Of a DNA stretch of 64,000 nt, positions 47,490 to 56,472 are shown piece after piece. The stretch is from Minisyncoccota bacterium (lineage in GTDB: Bacteria; Patescibacteriota; Minisyncoccia; Phycocordibacterales; UBA9973). The stretch spans positions 15,306-79,305 of the forward strand of contig DATJJU010000003.1 in NCBI GenBank assembly GCA_035491955.1. The letters run 5' to 3'. The notes below the pieces were generated by a model, which ran no database searches, had not been told where the DNA came from, and saw nothing but the letters and a program-made list of their open reading frames with translations. The first letter of the stretch is position 1. Every line of letters begins with the position of its first letter. Position numbers and translations under genes: made by a program.

Positions 47490-49328
47490 ATGGAAAATCC
47501 TATCACTCGCCTTCTAAAATCTTTTTTTGGCGCGAACCAAATGTCTTTTCGCCAATATATGAAAAACATGGTTGTCCGATTTAAAGAAGACAGCCTTTTT
47601 AAAAACTCGGTATATTTGATAACAAGTACTATCGCAATGTCCTTATTTGGCTTTGCTTTCTGGATCATTACAACTCGCCTTTACACAACAAGCCAAATCG
47701 GGTTTGCAACAGCTCTTATTTCTACCACTATTCTTCTTTCTACTTTCAGCCTGTTCGGATTTAACACAAGCATAGTACGCTTTTTACCGAAATCTGAAAA
47801 TCAGAACAGAACCATAAACACTGCAATTACAGTGGTCACGTTGATTACAATAGTAATTGCTACTGTATACGTACTCAGTATCGGCCGCATTGCTCCTCAA
47901 TTTGATCTTCTAAAAAAAGTGCCGGCATACGGAGTATTTTTTGTATTTTTCATGATACTAGTAAGTATCAACATGCTCACTGACAGCATCTTTATTGCTT
48001 TTCGTGCGGCAAAATATATTTTTATAGAATATATTTTTTTCGGCATCGCAAAAATAAGCCTACCTTTGCTGTTAGTCTCGCTGGGTACATATGGAGTATT
48101 TTTTGCCTATACTGGGTCTGTTATTGTGGCACTAATCGTAACGCTCTATTATCTTGTTAAGAAATTTAGATACTCTCCTAAAGTAGTAATCTCTAAAACT
48201 GAAGTAAAAAATGTAGGACTGTTTGCTGTTGGCAACTATGCAGCAACATTTATCTTGGGGCTTCCCCTTCTTATTCTCCCGACTATTATAGTGACCACTA
48301 TGGGGGCAACTGAATCGGCATATTTTTATATTGCCTCTACAATTGCCGCACTACTATATGGCATTCCTGTAGCAATATGCCAATCGCTTCTCGCAGAAGG
48401 GTCATATGATGAGAGAGCCCTTCGTAGGCTGGTAAAAAGTGCCGCGAAACTGTTGGGTGTTATTATTTTGCTCGGCATCGGCGCCTTTATCGCACTCAGC
48501 AAATTCGTACTGCTTATATTTGGAAGGAATTATGCCGCCAACAGCCGTAACCTGCTCATTGTCATGGCCATTGCTGCTATTTTCGTTGCTATTAACAATT
48601 TAGGAGAAACTGTACTTCGCATTCATCGTAATATAAAAACCCTTGTTTGGATAAGTATTGGTTTTCTTATTGCCACTATTGCTTTTATCTTTTTGCTTAT
48701 CTCGCACGGCATTCTCGGCATGGGATGGGCGCTTCTTTTAGGTCAGGCATTTATGAGTGTTGAACTTGGAGTATATTTTTCATATAGAAAAGTTAAGAAC
48801 GCTTTGCTGTTCTATCTCTTAGGAAGACGCACGTGGAAAGACATAGAATATTTTGACTCTGCATGGTCAGATCGCATTGGACAAATGGCTCAGTACATCC
48901 CTGCAGGTGCAAGTATCTTGGACCTTGGTTGCGGCAAAATGCTTCTCCAGCAATACCTTGAATTAAACCACACGTACTACCCGGTTGATTACAAAGATCG
49001 CGGAGAAGGAACTATTGTCTGTAATTTTAATAGACATCATTTTCCAGATCGATATGCAGATATCGCATTTGTTTCTGGCGTATTAGAGTATGTTGAAAAT
49101 GTTCCTGTATTTATTGCAGATATCGCAAAGCATACAAATCAATGCATCCTTTCCTACTGCTTAATAGAAGATTTTCCGAATATAAGCTTCAGACGAAAAC
49201 AGGCGTGGGTTAATGCCTTTTCTCGGGATGATATCATTTCCCTTTTCTCACAAGCAGGTTTCGTAATTAAAGATGAGAGTAAAACCCCTTCTAATAATTC
49301 TATCTTTAACTTTGTAAAGCAGAATTAA
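47490..49328 (+). CDS. Fusion protein: Wzx-like polysaccharide flippase (MOP superfamily, ~12 TM) with C-terminal class I SAM methyltransferase domain; start uncertain (47364 TTG / 47490 / 47541)
   Basis: About 420 aa of polytopic polysaccharide-biosynthesis-protein-like helices, then SILDLGCGKMLLQQYL motif I and Methyltransf_11-like C-terminus. Confidence 0.55.
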   Translation: MENPITRLLKSFFGANQMSFRQYMKNMVVRFKEDSLFKNSVYLITSTIAMSLFGFAFWIITTRLYTTSQIGFATALISTTILLSTFSLFGFNTSIVRFLPKSENQNRTINTAITVVTLITIVIATVYVLSIGRIAPQFDLLKKVPAYGVFFVFFMILVSINMLTDSIFIAFRAAKYIFIEYIFFGIAKISLPLLLVSLGTYGVFFAYTGSVIVALIVTLYYLVKKFRYSPKVVISKTEVKNVGLFAVGNYAATFILGLPLLILPTIIVTTMGATESAYFYIASTIAALLYGIPVAICQSLLAEGSYDERALRRLVKSAAKLLGVIILLGIGAFIALSKFVLLIFGRNYAANSRNLLIVMAIAAIFVAINNLGETVLRIHRNIKTLVWISIGFLIATIAFIFLLISHGILGMGWALLLGQAFMSVELGVYFSYRKVKNALLFYLLGRRTWKDIEYFDSAWSDRIGQMAQYIPAGASILDLGCGKMLLQQYLELNHTYYPVDYKDRGEGTIVCNFNRHHFPDRYADIAFVSGVLEYVENVPVFIADIAKHTNQCILSYCLIEDFPNISFRRKQAWVNAFSRDDIISLFSQAGFVIKDESKTPSNNSIFNFVKQN

Positions 49329-49329
49329 A

Positions 49330-50526
49330 CTATTTATTTCTGACTAAAGAAGCTACTTTGTAGAGACGACTTCTTGTGTAGTAGTAATCATAAAACCAGA
49401 TCTTTTCTAGGACCTTACGCCCCTGGCCAGTATGAGGATGAGCAAATGATTTGCTAATGCTTTCCTGTAATGCATCCCGCAATTCCTTGTCTGATTCCAT
49501 TTTATTGAGATCCAATAAATTCTCCATTTGAAATGCTGCACCGTCTTCAGTGTACGTTCTTAGATTTTTTACAACCTGTAAATCTATAGACCGAGGAAAT
49601 GTCTTCGATTGTTCTAAAGTTCCTGCAATATGAAGACCGATCATGGTTCTATTACACTTATCACAAAGGCCGCAGTTAAACTTGCCTCTCTTATTTAAAT
49701 AGCACACACGCAAATTTTCTAAAACAATCTGCTCATGAGCAATATACTTTGTCTTCCCTAACCTGTTTGTTTCTGTACCATCATGATGAAAATTGATAAC
49801 CTCGGTACCCCATAAGCCGTCCAGTTGTAGGTGGGTTCCATTGGGGTACTGTTGATCTTTTGTATATGTCGATGCGATATATACGTTATTGATTTCTTTT
49901 CGCAAAGCCAAACCAAGAGCCGCCAAACAACCTCCGTGCGTATAGTCCCACGTCAATATTGGTTCAATGCAATGACGAACATTGCTTTCTACGGTAATAA
50001 GTTCGATACCTTCATGATCTGCAACATTTTCTACAGTGGCCAATGATCTTTCCCATAAATTCTTATTTCTGAGACTAATGTCATAGCCATTTGCCAATAT
50101 GAAATACTGTATCTTTTGAACAGCGGGATTATTTTTGTTTTTAAGATAGGTATAAAAAGAATCAACACCTCCTGAGAAAAATGACGCCGCTGCAGCAGGC
50201 TTATAGGTATCCTTTTTCAGGCTATTAGCTACAATTTTAATTTTCTTTAATCCAATATTCCAAGAAAAGACAAGCTCCATAGCTTCATGTAATCCTTTAT
50301 AAAGCTGTTCGGATATCTCTCCTTCTATAATAAGATTACTGCCCAACTTCATTGAAGGAATCAATAATGCAGCAGCAAAAGGACTCATATCAAGAGCAAT
50401 AAAGTCAACATATTTTTTATCAAACTTGAAATAAATCTTATCGGGCCCGAATGGACGAATAAAACAATCAGCCATCAGAGTTGCGAATTTTGCATCAATC
50501 TTTAATTGTAGATTGCTAATTTTCAT
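49330..50526 (-). CDS. PP-loop ATP pyrophosphatase superfamily protein (QueC/ExsB fold), candidate N-acetyl-sugar amidotransferase (WbuX/WbpG-like)
   Basis: SFFSGGVDSFYTY PP-loop (SGGxDS) and C-terminal CYLNKRGKFNCGLCDKC Cys cluster; ~398 aa; glycan-cluster context. Confidence 0.45.
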   Translation of the reverse strand: MKISNLQLKIDAKFATLMADCFIRPFGPDKIYFKFDKKYVDFIALDMSPFAAALLIPSMKLGSNLIIEGEISEQLYKGLHEAMELVFSWNIGLKKIKIVANSLKKDTYKPAAAASFFSGGVDSFYTYLKNKNNPAVQKIQYFILANGYDISLRNKNLWERSLATVENVADHEGIELITVESNVRHCIEPILTWDYTHGGCLAALGLALRKEINNVYIASTYTKDQQYPNGTHLQLDGLWGTEVINFHHDGTETNRLGKTKYIAHEQIVLENLRVCYLNKRGKFNCGLCDKCNRTMIGLHIAGTLEQSKTFPRSIDLQVVKNLRTYTEDGAAFQMENLLDLNKMESDKELRDALQESISKSFAHPHTGQGRKVLEKIWFYDYYYTRSRLYKVASLVRNK

Positions 50527-51766
50527 AAATATCTTTTACTGTATAAATAGCCTTATTAGCCTCTTCAATATATCCAGGCAAAACTGTATCTAGATGACGC
50601 AGATAGACTGAGCGTTCTCGCGTAAGACGATCGAACATATCAATAAGGTTGTCAGATTCTACTTTCTTAATATTTACTACCCATTGTTCTAGACCGAGGT
50701 CAGCCATGATGCCTCTGGTTTTGTGCTCGTATTCAATAGCCATGCTTGGCACCTTCGAAGTAAGGGCAAATATAACCGAATGGAAGCGGGTACCAACAAG
50801 GTAATCCAGATCGGCATACATTGCTTTTACAATATGGTGATCATATCGCTCCTTTACTACATACGCTTTATCCTTCTCCTCCATATAACTGTAAACACGC
50901 TTACTGCTCTCTCGATCATCATCTGACTGCAGCTCAACAGTAACCTGAGGAATAAAAATAACAGCGGCATTATACGCGGTCACAATATGGTCCGCTAAGG
51001 CTGCTACTGAACGCTCGTAATGTTCCTGAGCTTTTGAATTGAGCCATGCCCGAACAGTAACACCTACAATCATTTTTTCTTCCGGGATGTGGAATTTTTC
51101 ATGAAGATTGACAGAGGTATTGCTTTGGAAAGCAAAACCGCTATCTACAGACAAAGAAACGTTCTTTTTGATACCCCATTTCTTCAACAACTCAAGCGAG
51201 ATATGTTCTCGCACAATAATTCCATTAAGTCGTTTTACTGCAAAACGAGCCATTCGCTCCTGAAAACGATTTCCGAATGGTCCCACAGACTGGGTATAGC
51301 CGACTGTTTTCTTGCCCAAAATATAAGAGAAGACAAAAGGATGAAGAATGAAGAAAAGCCCAAAGGTGCCCATAAGGCCTTCTTTTCCCCTCACATATCC
51401 GCCGCCAACAGAAATAACGATGTCAGCATCTTCATATAGCTTCACGACTTCTTGAATGGATTTCGGTAAAGGAATATTTACTTTAAACCATCTATAGGAA
51501 AATGCCGTGATAAAGGTAAGTGTAGTGATGTATGCAGCATAGATAGCTTGCAGCACACGGTTTTTATACTGCTCTCTAGCATAATACATAAACGCATGCT
51601 TCATTGTTACTCCGTCAAACGTTTCTCCGGGAGCAAGAGTATCGAGCGTCAATATCGTCATATCAGGATTATCAAAACCGCGCTTGATATCCGATATCAA
51701 AACACTGAGGAGCGCAGCGTCTCCTTTATTATCGTTTGAGTAAACATGTGAGATAAGTATTTTCAT
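50516..51766 (-). CDS. Polysaccharide pyruvyl transferase family protein (CsaB/WcaK-like)
   Basis: N-terminal YSNDNKGDAALL (GNxGDxAxL-type) motif; ~416 aa. Confidence 0.65.
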   Translation of the reverse strand: MKILISHVYSNDNKGDAALLSVLISDIKRGFDNPDMTILTLDTLAPGETFDGVTMKHAFMYYAREQYKNRVLQAIYAAYITTLTFITAFSYRWFKVNIPLPKSIQEVVKLYEDADIVISVGGGYVRGKEGLMGTFGLFFILHPFVFSYILGKKTVGYTQSVGPFGNRFQERMARFAVKRLNGIIVREHISLELLKKWGIKKNVSLSVDSGFAFQSNTSVNLHEKFHIPEEKMIVGVTVRAWLNSKAQEHYERSVAALADHIVTAYNAAVIFIPQVTVELQSDDDRESSKRVYSYMEEKDKAYVVKERYDHHIVKAMYADLDYLVGTRFHSVIFALTSKVPSMAIEYEHKTRGIMADLGLEQWVVNIKKVESDNLIDMFDRLTRERSVYLRHLDTVLPGYIEEANKAIYTVKDIYEN

Positions 51767-51772
51767 AAGCTG

Positions 51773-54079
51773 TTAGTGATAAATTTGTGAACCTCCACTG
51801 TTATAAATAAGGTTTTTATTGTTTTTAATAAATTCCATTGGATAATTAAAAGTAATCAGATCATTTTTATATTGGAATGACGCTATGCCAGTCATAATAT
51901 TATTCGTACTAATGTATACATATCCCTTTGGGTCAATTGTTTCTGGAAACACGGCCGTATTTTCAGAGCTCATACCTGCAAAAGATTCTAAGCGAAGATT
52001 CGCTTGAGCATCTGCTTCAACAGGATCGTCGTAATTTCTATCATTCAAAATCCAATGAGCTCCGGCTATTTCCGAATCATGAATATAGAGTCCCTGCATA
52101 GTACTTGGAGGTTGATTCAAGGTAATATGAATCACTCCTCCCGTATAATAATCAACCAGACCCGTTGTTGATAAAAATACTACCGATAGGACACAAGCAA
52201 TTACGAGTTCATTTCGTTTAAAATATTTCGTCAAATTAATAGCCCCTACAATAGCTACAGTACTCAGGAAAAGGAACATCTGAAGATATAATCTGGTGAG
52301 ATTATATTGCTGCTGCAGGTACGGAACCGCAACCATCAATACAATAAGGGCGCACCCGCTGACACTAAGAACAATAAGCTGGTATTCCTTATTGGACCTT
52401 GTTTTAGAGAAACCTTTATATAAAAAGACTAATCCAGCCAAAGGAAATACCGCGATCGCCATAATCTTAGCTGTGTTTGCTATAAAAGCAAGTGCTTTCG
52501 ACAGAACCTCAGGGAGCATTTTTTGAGCGTGTACAGCTGAATCTACGGGGTAGGATGGATAGCTAACAGTCAGAGAATCAGGATAAAATTGATAGTAATA
52601 TGTCTTAATAGCATTCTGTTTTGCTTCCTCTATTGTATCGATCGTATTCTTCGGACCGACAATGTTTGCTACTCCGTTTTTTGATACGCCTGATGAAAAT
52701 GACGGTTGTGAGGATGTAACGATTTCAGATTCTGTAATAGGTGCATTCTCTGTTGCAGGCTTCATAACCGTACCTTTATTTGTTATAAACTCTGTAACCT
52801 TTCCAATAGTTCGAGTGATGGGTACCTGCCATATAAACAGCATTGTTACAGCAAGAACAATAAATACCGGCTTGAACACGGAGGACTGATCTTTAAAAAG
52901 ACTGATCTTTTTTGAAATATATGAAAACAGTGATGCTACTACCAGCAAAATAATTGCCACATAGGCAGTTGAGTAGTGAGACAAAACAATGCCCATAAAA
53001 CTAATTCCCACCAATATATTACGCGTTACTTTTTTCAGATTTTTATCAAGAAGCACTAGCAACAATAGCAAGAAAAAAGGGAAAGCATACTCTTGTCTTA
53101 TAAGCGCTGGCATTTGTTCAAAAAACCATGTTTGCGATAGAAGTAAAAATGCAGAAAGGAAAGCAGAGATGCTAGTGCTTACATATCGCTTTGCAAACAC
53201 ATATACCATAACAGGAGAAAGAGCGAAGAAGATCTGGAACAGGAATTTAAATACATATTCTCCGGAAATATGCGTTAGTTGAACAAGTATGGTTGGCAAT
53301 ATCGTAATACTAAGACATGCATTATAGTCCAGCCCTGCATAATAAGACGCGTGCCACATAAGATGCTGGAGCGTTGTTTGAAACACTTCATACTCCTGAT
53401 TGATATCCCATCCTAATATATGATTGCTTCTGAGAGAGTACATGAGAAGCAAAGAGAGGCTGATTGTGTAGAGCGCTACAATATAAACGCTCTCTTTAAG
53501 ACTTTTATTCCAAAATGCCAGAGCGATAACATAGACAGCTATTGCGGCAATCATTACGACTGTTATCGTATTACTGCCATTATTGTTTAAACGCTCTGCT
53601 CCTAGCCATGCGAGTATGGGAAAAATGAAAGCTATGGCTAAGAATATTCGACTTATCATATTTCCAACTTGGAACTTTACTGTAAGAGTAACGTTCTTCT
53701 GAAAAAAATATATGAAAAGCGAAAGCCCTAAAATAATAACGTCAAAAAATACTACGAGCGGAATTTTTGCCAGAGGGTGATGAATACCAAATAAAGGTAA
53801 TAGAAAATTGGCTATCACCCCCCCTAAGAGTACGAAGCCGAAACCTGTAAGAAGAGCATAGACAATGTATTGAGCAGTATTATCAGAGGGTATATTCAGT
53901 ATCACTGACAACAATAAACCGGTTAAGCCGAAAAGGCCCACTAGAACAATCGGAACTGTAATCCATAAAGGTACAGAGGAAACAAGCACTACGACAGTCA
54001 TGATCGCGATCAAATAAATCGCTACAAACAGAAGCCTCTTATTTGTCAGTATTAGATTATTCCCTCCTCTCTCTTCCAT
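51773..54079 (-). CDS. Large polytopic membrane protein, paralogue A (GT-C-fold / DUF2206 / YfhO-like architecture; family unassigned)
   Basis: About 16 hydrophobic helices, ~100-aa central loop, ~110-aa C-terminal soluble domain; shares GWDINQEYEVF, ACLSITILPT, LSHYSTAYVA and C-terminal NNKNLIYNSGGSQIY motifs with 54096-56471. Confidence 0.5.
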   Translation of the reverse strand: MEERGGNNLILTNKRLLFVAIYLIAIMTVVVLVSSVPLWITVPIVLVGLFGLTGLLLSVILNIPSDNTAQYIVYALLTGFGFVLLGGVIANFLLPLFGIHHPLAKIPLVVFFDVIILGLSLFIYFFQKNVTLTVKFQVGNMISRIFLAIAFIFPILAWLGAERLNNNGSNTITVVMIAAIAVYVIALAFWNKSLKESVYIVALYTISLSLLLMYSLRSNHILGWDINQEYEVFQTTLQHLMWHASYYAGLDYNACLSITILPTILVQLTHISGEYVFKFLFQIFFALSPVMVYVFAKRYVSTSISAFLSAFLLLSQTWFFEQMPALIRQEYAFPFFLLLLLVLLDKNLKKVTRNILVGISFMGIVLSHYSTAYVAIILLVVASLFSYISKKISLFKDQSSVFKPVFIVLAVTMLFIWQVPITRTIGKVTEFITNKGTVMKPATENAPITESEIVTSSQPSFSSGVSKNGVANIVGPKNTIDTIEEAKQNAIKTYYYQFYPDSLTVSYPSYPVDSAVHAQKMLPEVLSKALAFIANTAKIMAIAVFPLAGLVFLYKGFSKTRSNKEYQLIVLSVSGCALIVLMVAVPYLQQQYNLTRLYLQMFLFLSTVAIVGAINLTKYFKRNELVIACVLSVVFLSTTGLVDYYTGGVIHITLNQPPSTMQGLYIHDSEIAGAHWILNDRNYDDPVEADAQANLRLESFAGMSSENTAVFPETIDPKGYVYISTNNIMTGIASFQYKNDLITFNYPMEFIKNNKNLIYNSGGSQIYH

Positions 54080-54095
54080 ATATCACTCTTAGATG

Positions 54096-56471
54096 CTAAC
54101 GGTATACTCGTGACCCTCCGTTGCTATAGACAAGATTCTTATTGTTATTCAAGAAATCCATCGGGAAGCTGTAGTACACGACATAGCCATTAATGATTTC
54201 AAGAATGTTTCCTGTTTTAACATTGTCGTAATTCAGATACACATATGAGTCTTTTTTTGTTGTTTCCGGCAGTAGCTCGATATATGAAGTAACACGGCCG
54301 TACGCAAGCATCTTAATATCCGAAAAGTGCGCGGCCTGAATAGGAAGTCTAATGGCGTCTGCTTTAGCCAGCCAGTCTGCAGAAGCTACTTCTTGCGGAT
54401 GAGTATAATAAGAGTCGTAATACAAGCCGTCATTATTAAGCGGCAGTAATGGTCGTGCTCCTCCAGTAATCTGAGGCAATAATCCGGATAGAATGATAAA
54501 GAAGAATAATACTGTTATTACTGATGCCGCCAATTGTTTTCTAGCATTTTTAGTAAACATTCCTATGATAGCCATAAGGCCGAGAAGTATAGGCAAACAT
54601 AGGTAAATCAAATTCTGTTGAAATAGGCGCAAAAGCCCATAGTCAATGGCGTTTGCAGGAAGCACAGTCTGTCCGACAAGAACAACGATGCCGGCAAAAG
54701 AGATTGAAATAAACTCTACAGGCACTTTGTGCAAAATCTTTTCTTTAAAGCTATAGCCGAGCCCCAATCCTATAAGCCCCACAAGGAGAAGGAGTTGCAG
54801 GATCTTTGCATACGCCTGCTTTATAAATGCAAAAAATGTAGTGAGACTGACACGAACCACTCCTTGTACAACATGTCCCACTTTTGTCAGAGGAGCGATA
54901 TATTCCGATACAGGCTTCGTTGGGTAGCTTTCAGTTAATGCGAGCGGGAAAAATTCTGACTGCTGCTGATTAACTTTTTGATTTTTTATACCCTGATCGA
55001 GGAATTGATTGAATAATACTTGAGGACTTGGTGTTTGAGAGCTAAGGATACTGTATTTTGCCGGGCCAGTTTGCTCATCCAAGCTAAAAGGCTTGGTCAA
55101 GCTCGTACCGATCTGTTTAATGGTATTAATAAAACTAGTTGAAGTCTTGGTAATAAATGTTGACCATACCACCATTATCACAAGCAAGCCGATAACAAAT
55201 ATGAATTTCAGAGCACTCTTTTTTTCATAGACTTCCTTATTACCGACTTTGTCCGTGAGTCGTACAAGCCAGCGAGGGCGCTTACGGGTCATAATAAAGC
55301 GCAAAATCTTATTAATAAGATACGTGGCGATCAGCAAAGGTACTGCGATGTAAGAAGTAGAATAGTGAGAAAATACCATACCGGTTCCCAGGATAAAAAG
55401 AATCAGCATTTTTACTTTTTCACTGACATACTCTTCACTAAACAGTACAAAAACCATTAAGCCGAAGAAAAGAAAGGCTATTCCCTGTCGATTAAGGAAT
55501 GCCATATCGACAGTGAATGTTGGGAAGGTAATATAGATAAACGCTGCTAAAAATGCCAATTTTTCAGAAACATATTGCTTAGAAATATAGTACACCACTA
55601 CGACAGGCAGAGCCCCGACAAACTGAATGAAGAATTTGAAGATATATGCATCACTTGCAACGTGCATAAGATTCTGTAGATAAGTCGGAAAAATGGTAAG
55701 ACTGAGACATGCCATGTACGGATCTTGATATAAGGACATCAGCCAGTGATGGGCATCGTTGGTTAATGTGAAGACATGATACTCAAGCAAGATATCATGA
55801 CCGGTAATGAACCATCCCCGCATAGAGTTCATAAGGAGGAATGACAAAGCCATCATGTATAAAATGACCGGCTTTACAGGCTCATCAATTTCTTTCCTCG
55901 TAAGAACTACGACAGGCACAAGGATAACGACAAGCCCCAGTGCCGCCATCGTCAAAATATTTGACTGGCCGTTATTAAGAAGCAGAGCACCTAGCACAGA
56001 CAGTACAGGAAGAAGCACTGATATAAAAATAAGGCTGATGCTGAGGCCGTTCAATCGCGGTAAACGAAGCTCGAAATCTGTTTCAAATATTCTATTGAGA
56101 GCAAACAAGATAAAAATGATTGCATCAAACGTGATAACCAACGGCAAAACACTCAAGGGCATTTGAATGCCTACTAAGGGCAGCACTGTGTTGATTATCA
56201 AGCCGAAGAACATGAGCATAAAAATACTCAATGCAACACTGAATGCGACGCCAAGCATGAATGGCATTTTTCTTTTTGTTAAGAATGGCAATAAGAAGAG
56301 GCCGGGAGTAATAATGATATAAAGAAAAGCTAAGAATTGAGCAATATAGGCTAAGGCAGGCTGATGAATCTGAAAGAGTGCTACCAGGTTTACCAAAGGA
56401 GCAGCCGCAATAAAATAGGCCAACGAGGTCTGGAGGGAGTACTGTGGTTTTGTATCGTTTTCGTATTCCAT
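54096..56471 (-). CDS. Large polytopic membrane protein, paralogue B of 51773-54079
   Basis: Same architecture and motifs (GHDILLEYHVF, ACLSLTIFPT, FSHYSTSYIA, NNNKNLVYSNGGSRVY). Confidence 0.5.
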   Translation of the reverse strand: MEYENDTKPQYSLQTSLAYFIAAAPLVNLVALFQIHQPALAYIAQFLAFLYIIITPGLFLLPFLTKRKMPFMLGVAFSVALSIFMLMFFGLIINTVLPLVGIQMPLSVLPLVITFDAIIFILFALNRIFETDFELRLPRLNGLSISLIFISVLLPVLSVLGALLLNNGQSNILTMAALGLVVILVPVVVLTRKEIDEPVKPVILYMMALSFLLMNSMRGWFITGHDILLEYHVFTLTNDAHHWLMSLYQDPYMACLSLTIFPTYLQNLMHVASDAYIFKFFIQFVGALPVVVVYYISKQYVSEKLAFLAAFIYITFPTFTVDMAFLNRQGIAFLFFGLMVFVLFSEEYVSEKVKMLILFILGTGMVFSHYSTSYIAVPLLIATYLINKILRFIMTRKRPRWLVRLTDKVGNKEVYEKKSALKFIFVIGLLVIMVVWSTFITKTSTSFINTIKQIGTSLTKPFSLDEQTGPAKYSILSSQTPSPQVLFNQFLDQGIKNQKVNQQQSEFFPLALTESYPTKPVSEYIAPLTKVGHVVQGVVRVSLTTFFAFIKQAYAKILQLLLLVGLIGLGLGYSFKEKILHKVPVEFISISFAGIVVLVGQTVLPANAIDYGLLRLFQQNLIYLCLPILLGLMAIIGMFTKNARKQLAASVITVLFFFIILSGLLPQITGGARPLLPLNNDGLYYDSYYTHPQEVASADWLAKADAIRLPIQAAHFSDIKMLAYGRVTSYIELLPETTKKDSYVYLNYDNVKTGNILEIINGYVVYYSFPMDFLNNNKNLVYSNGGSRVYR

Positions 56472-56472
56472 A

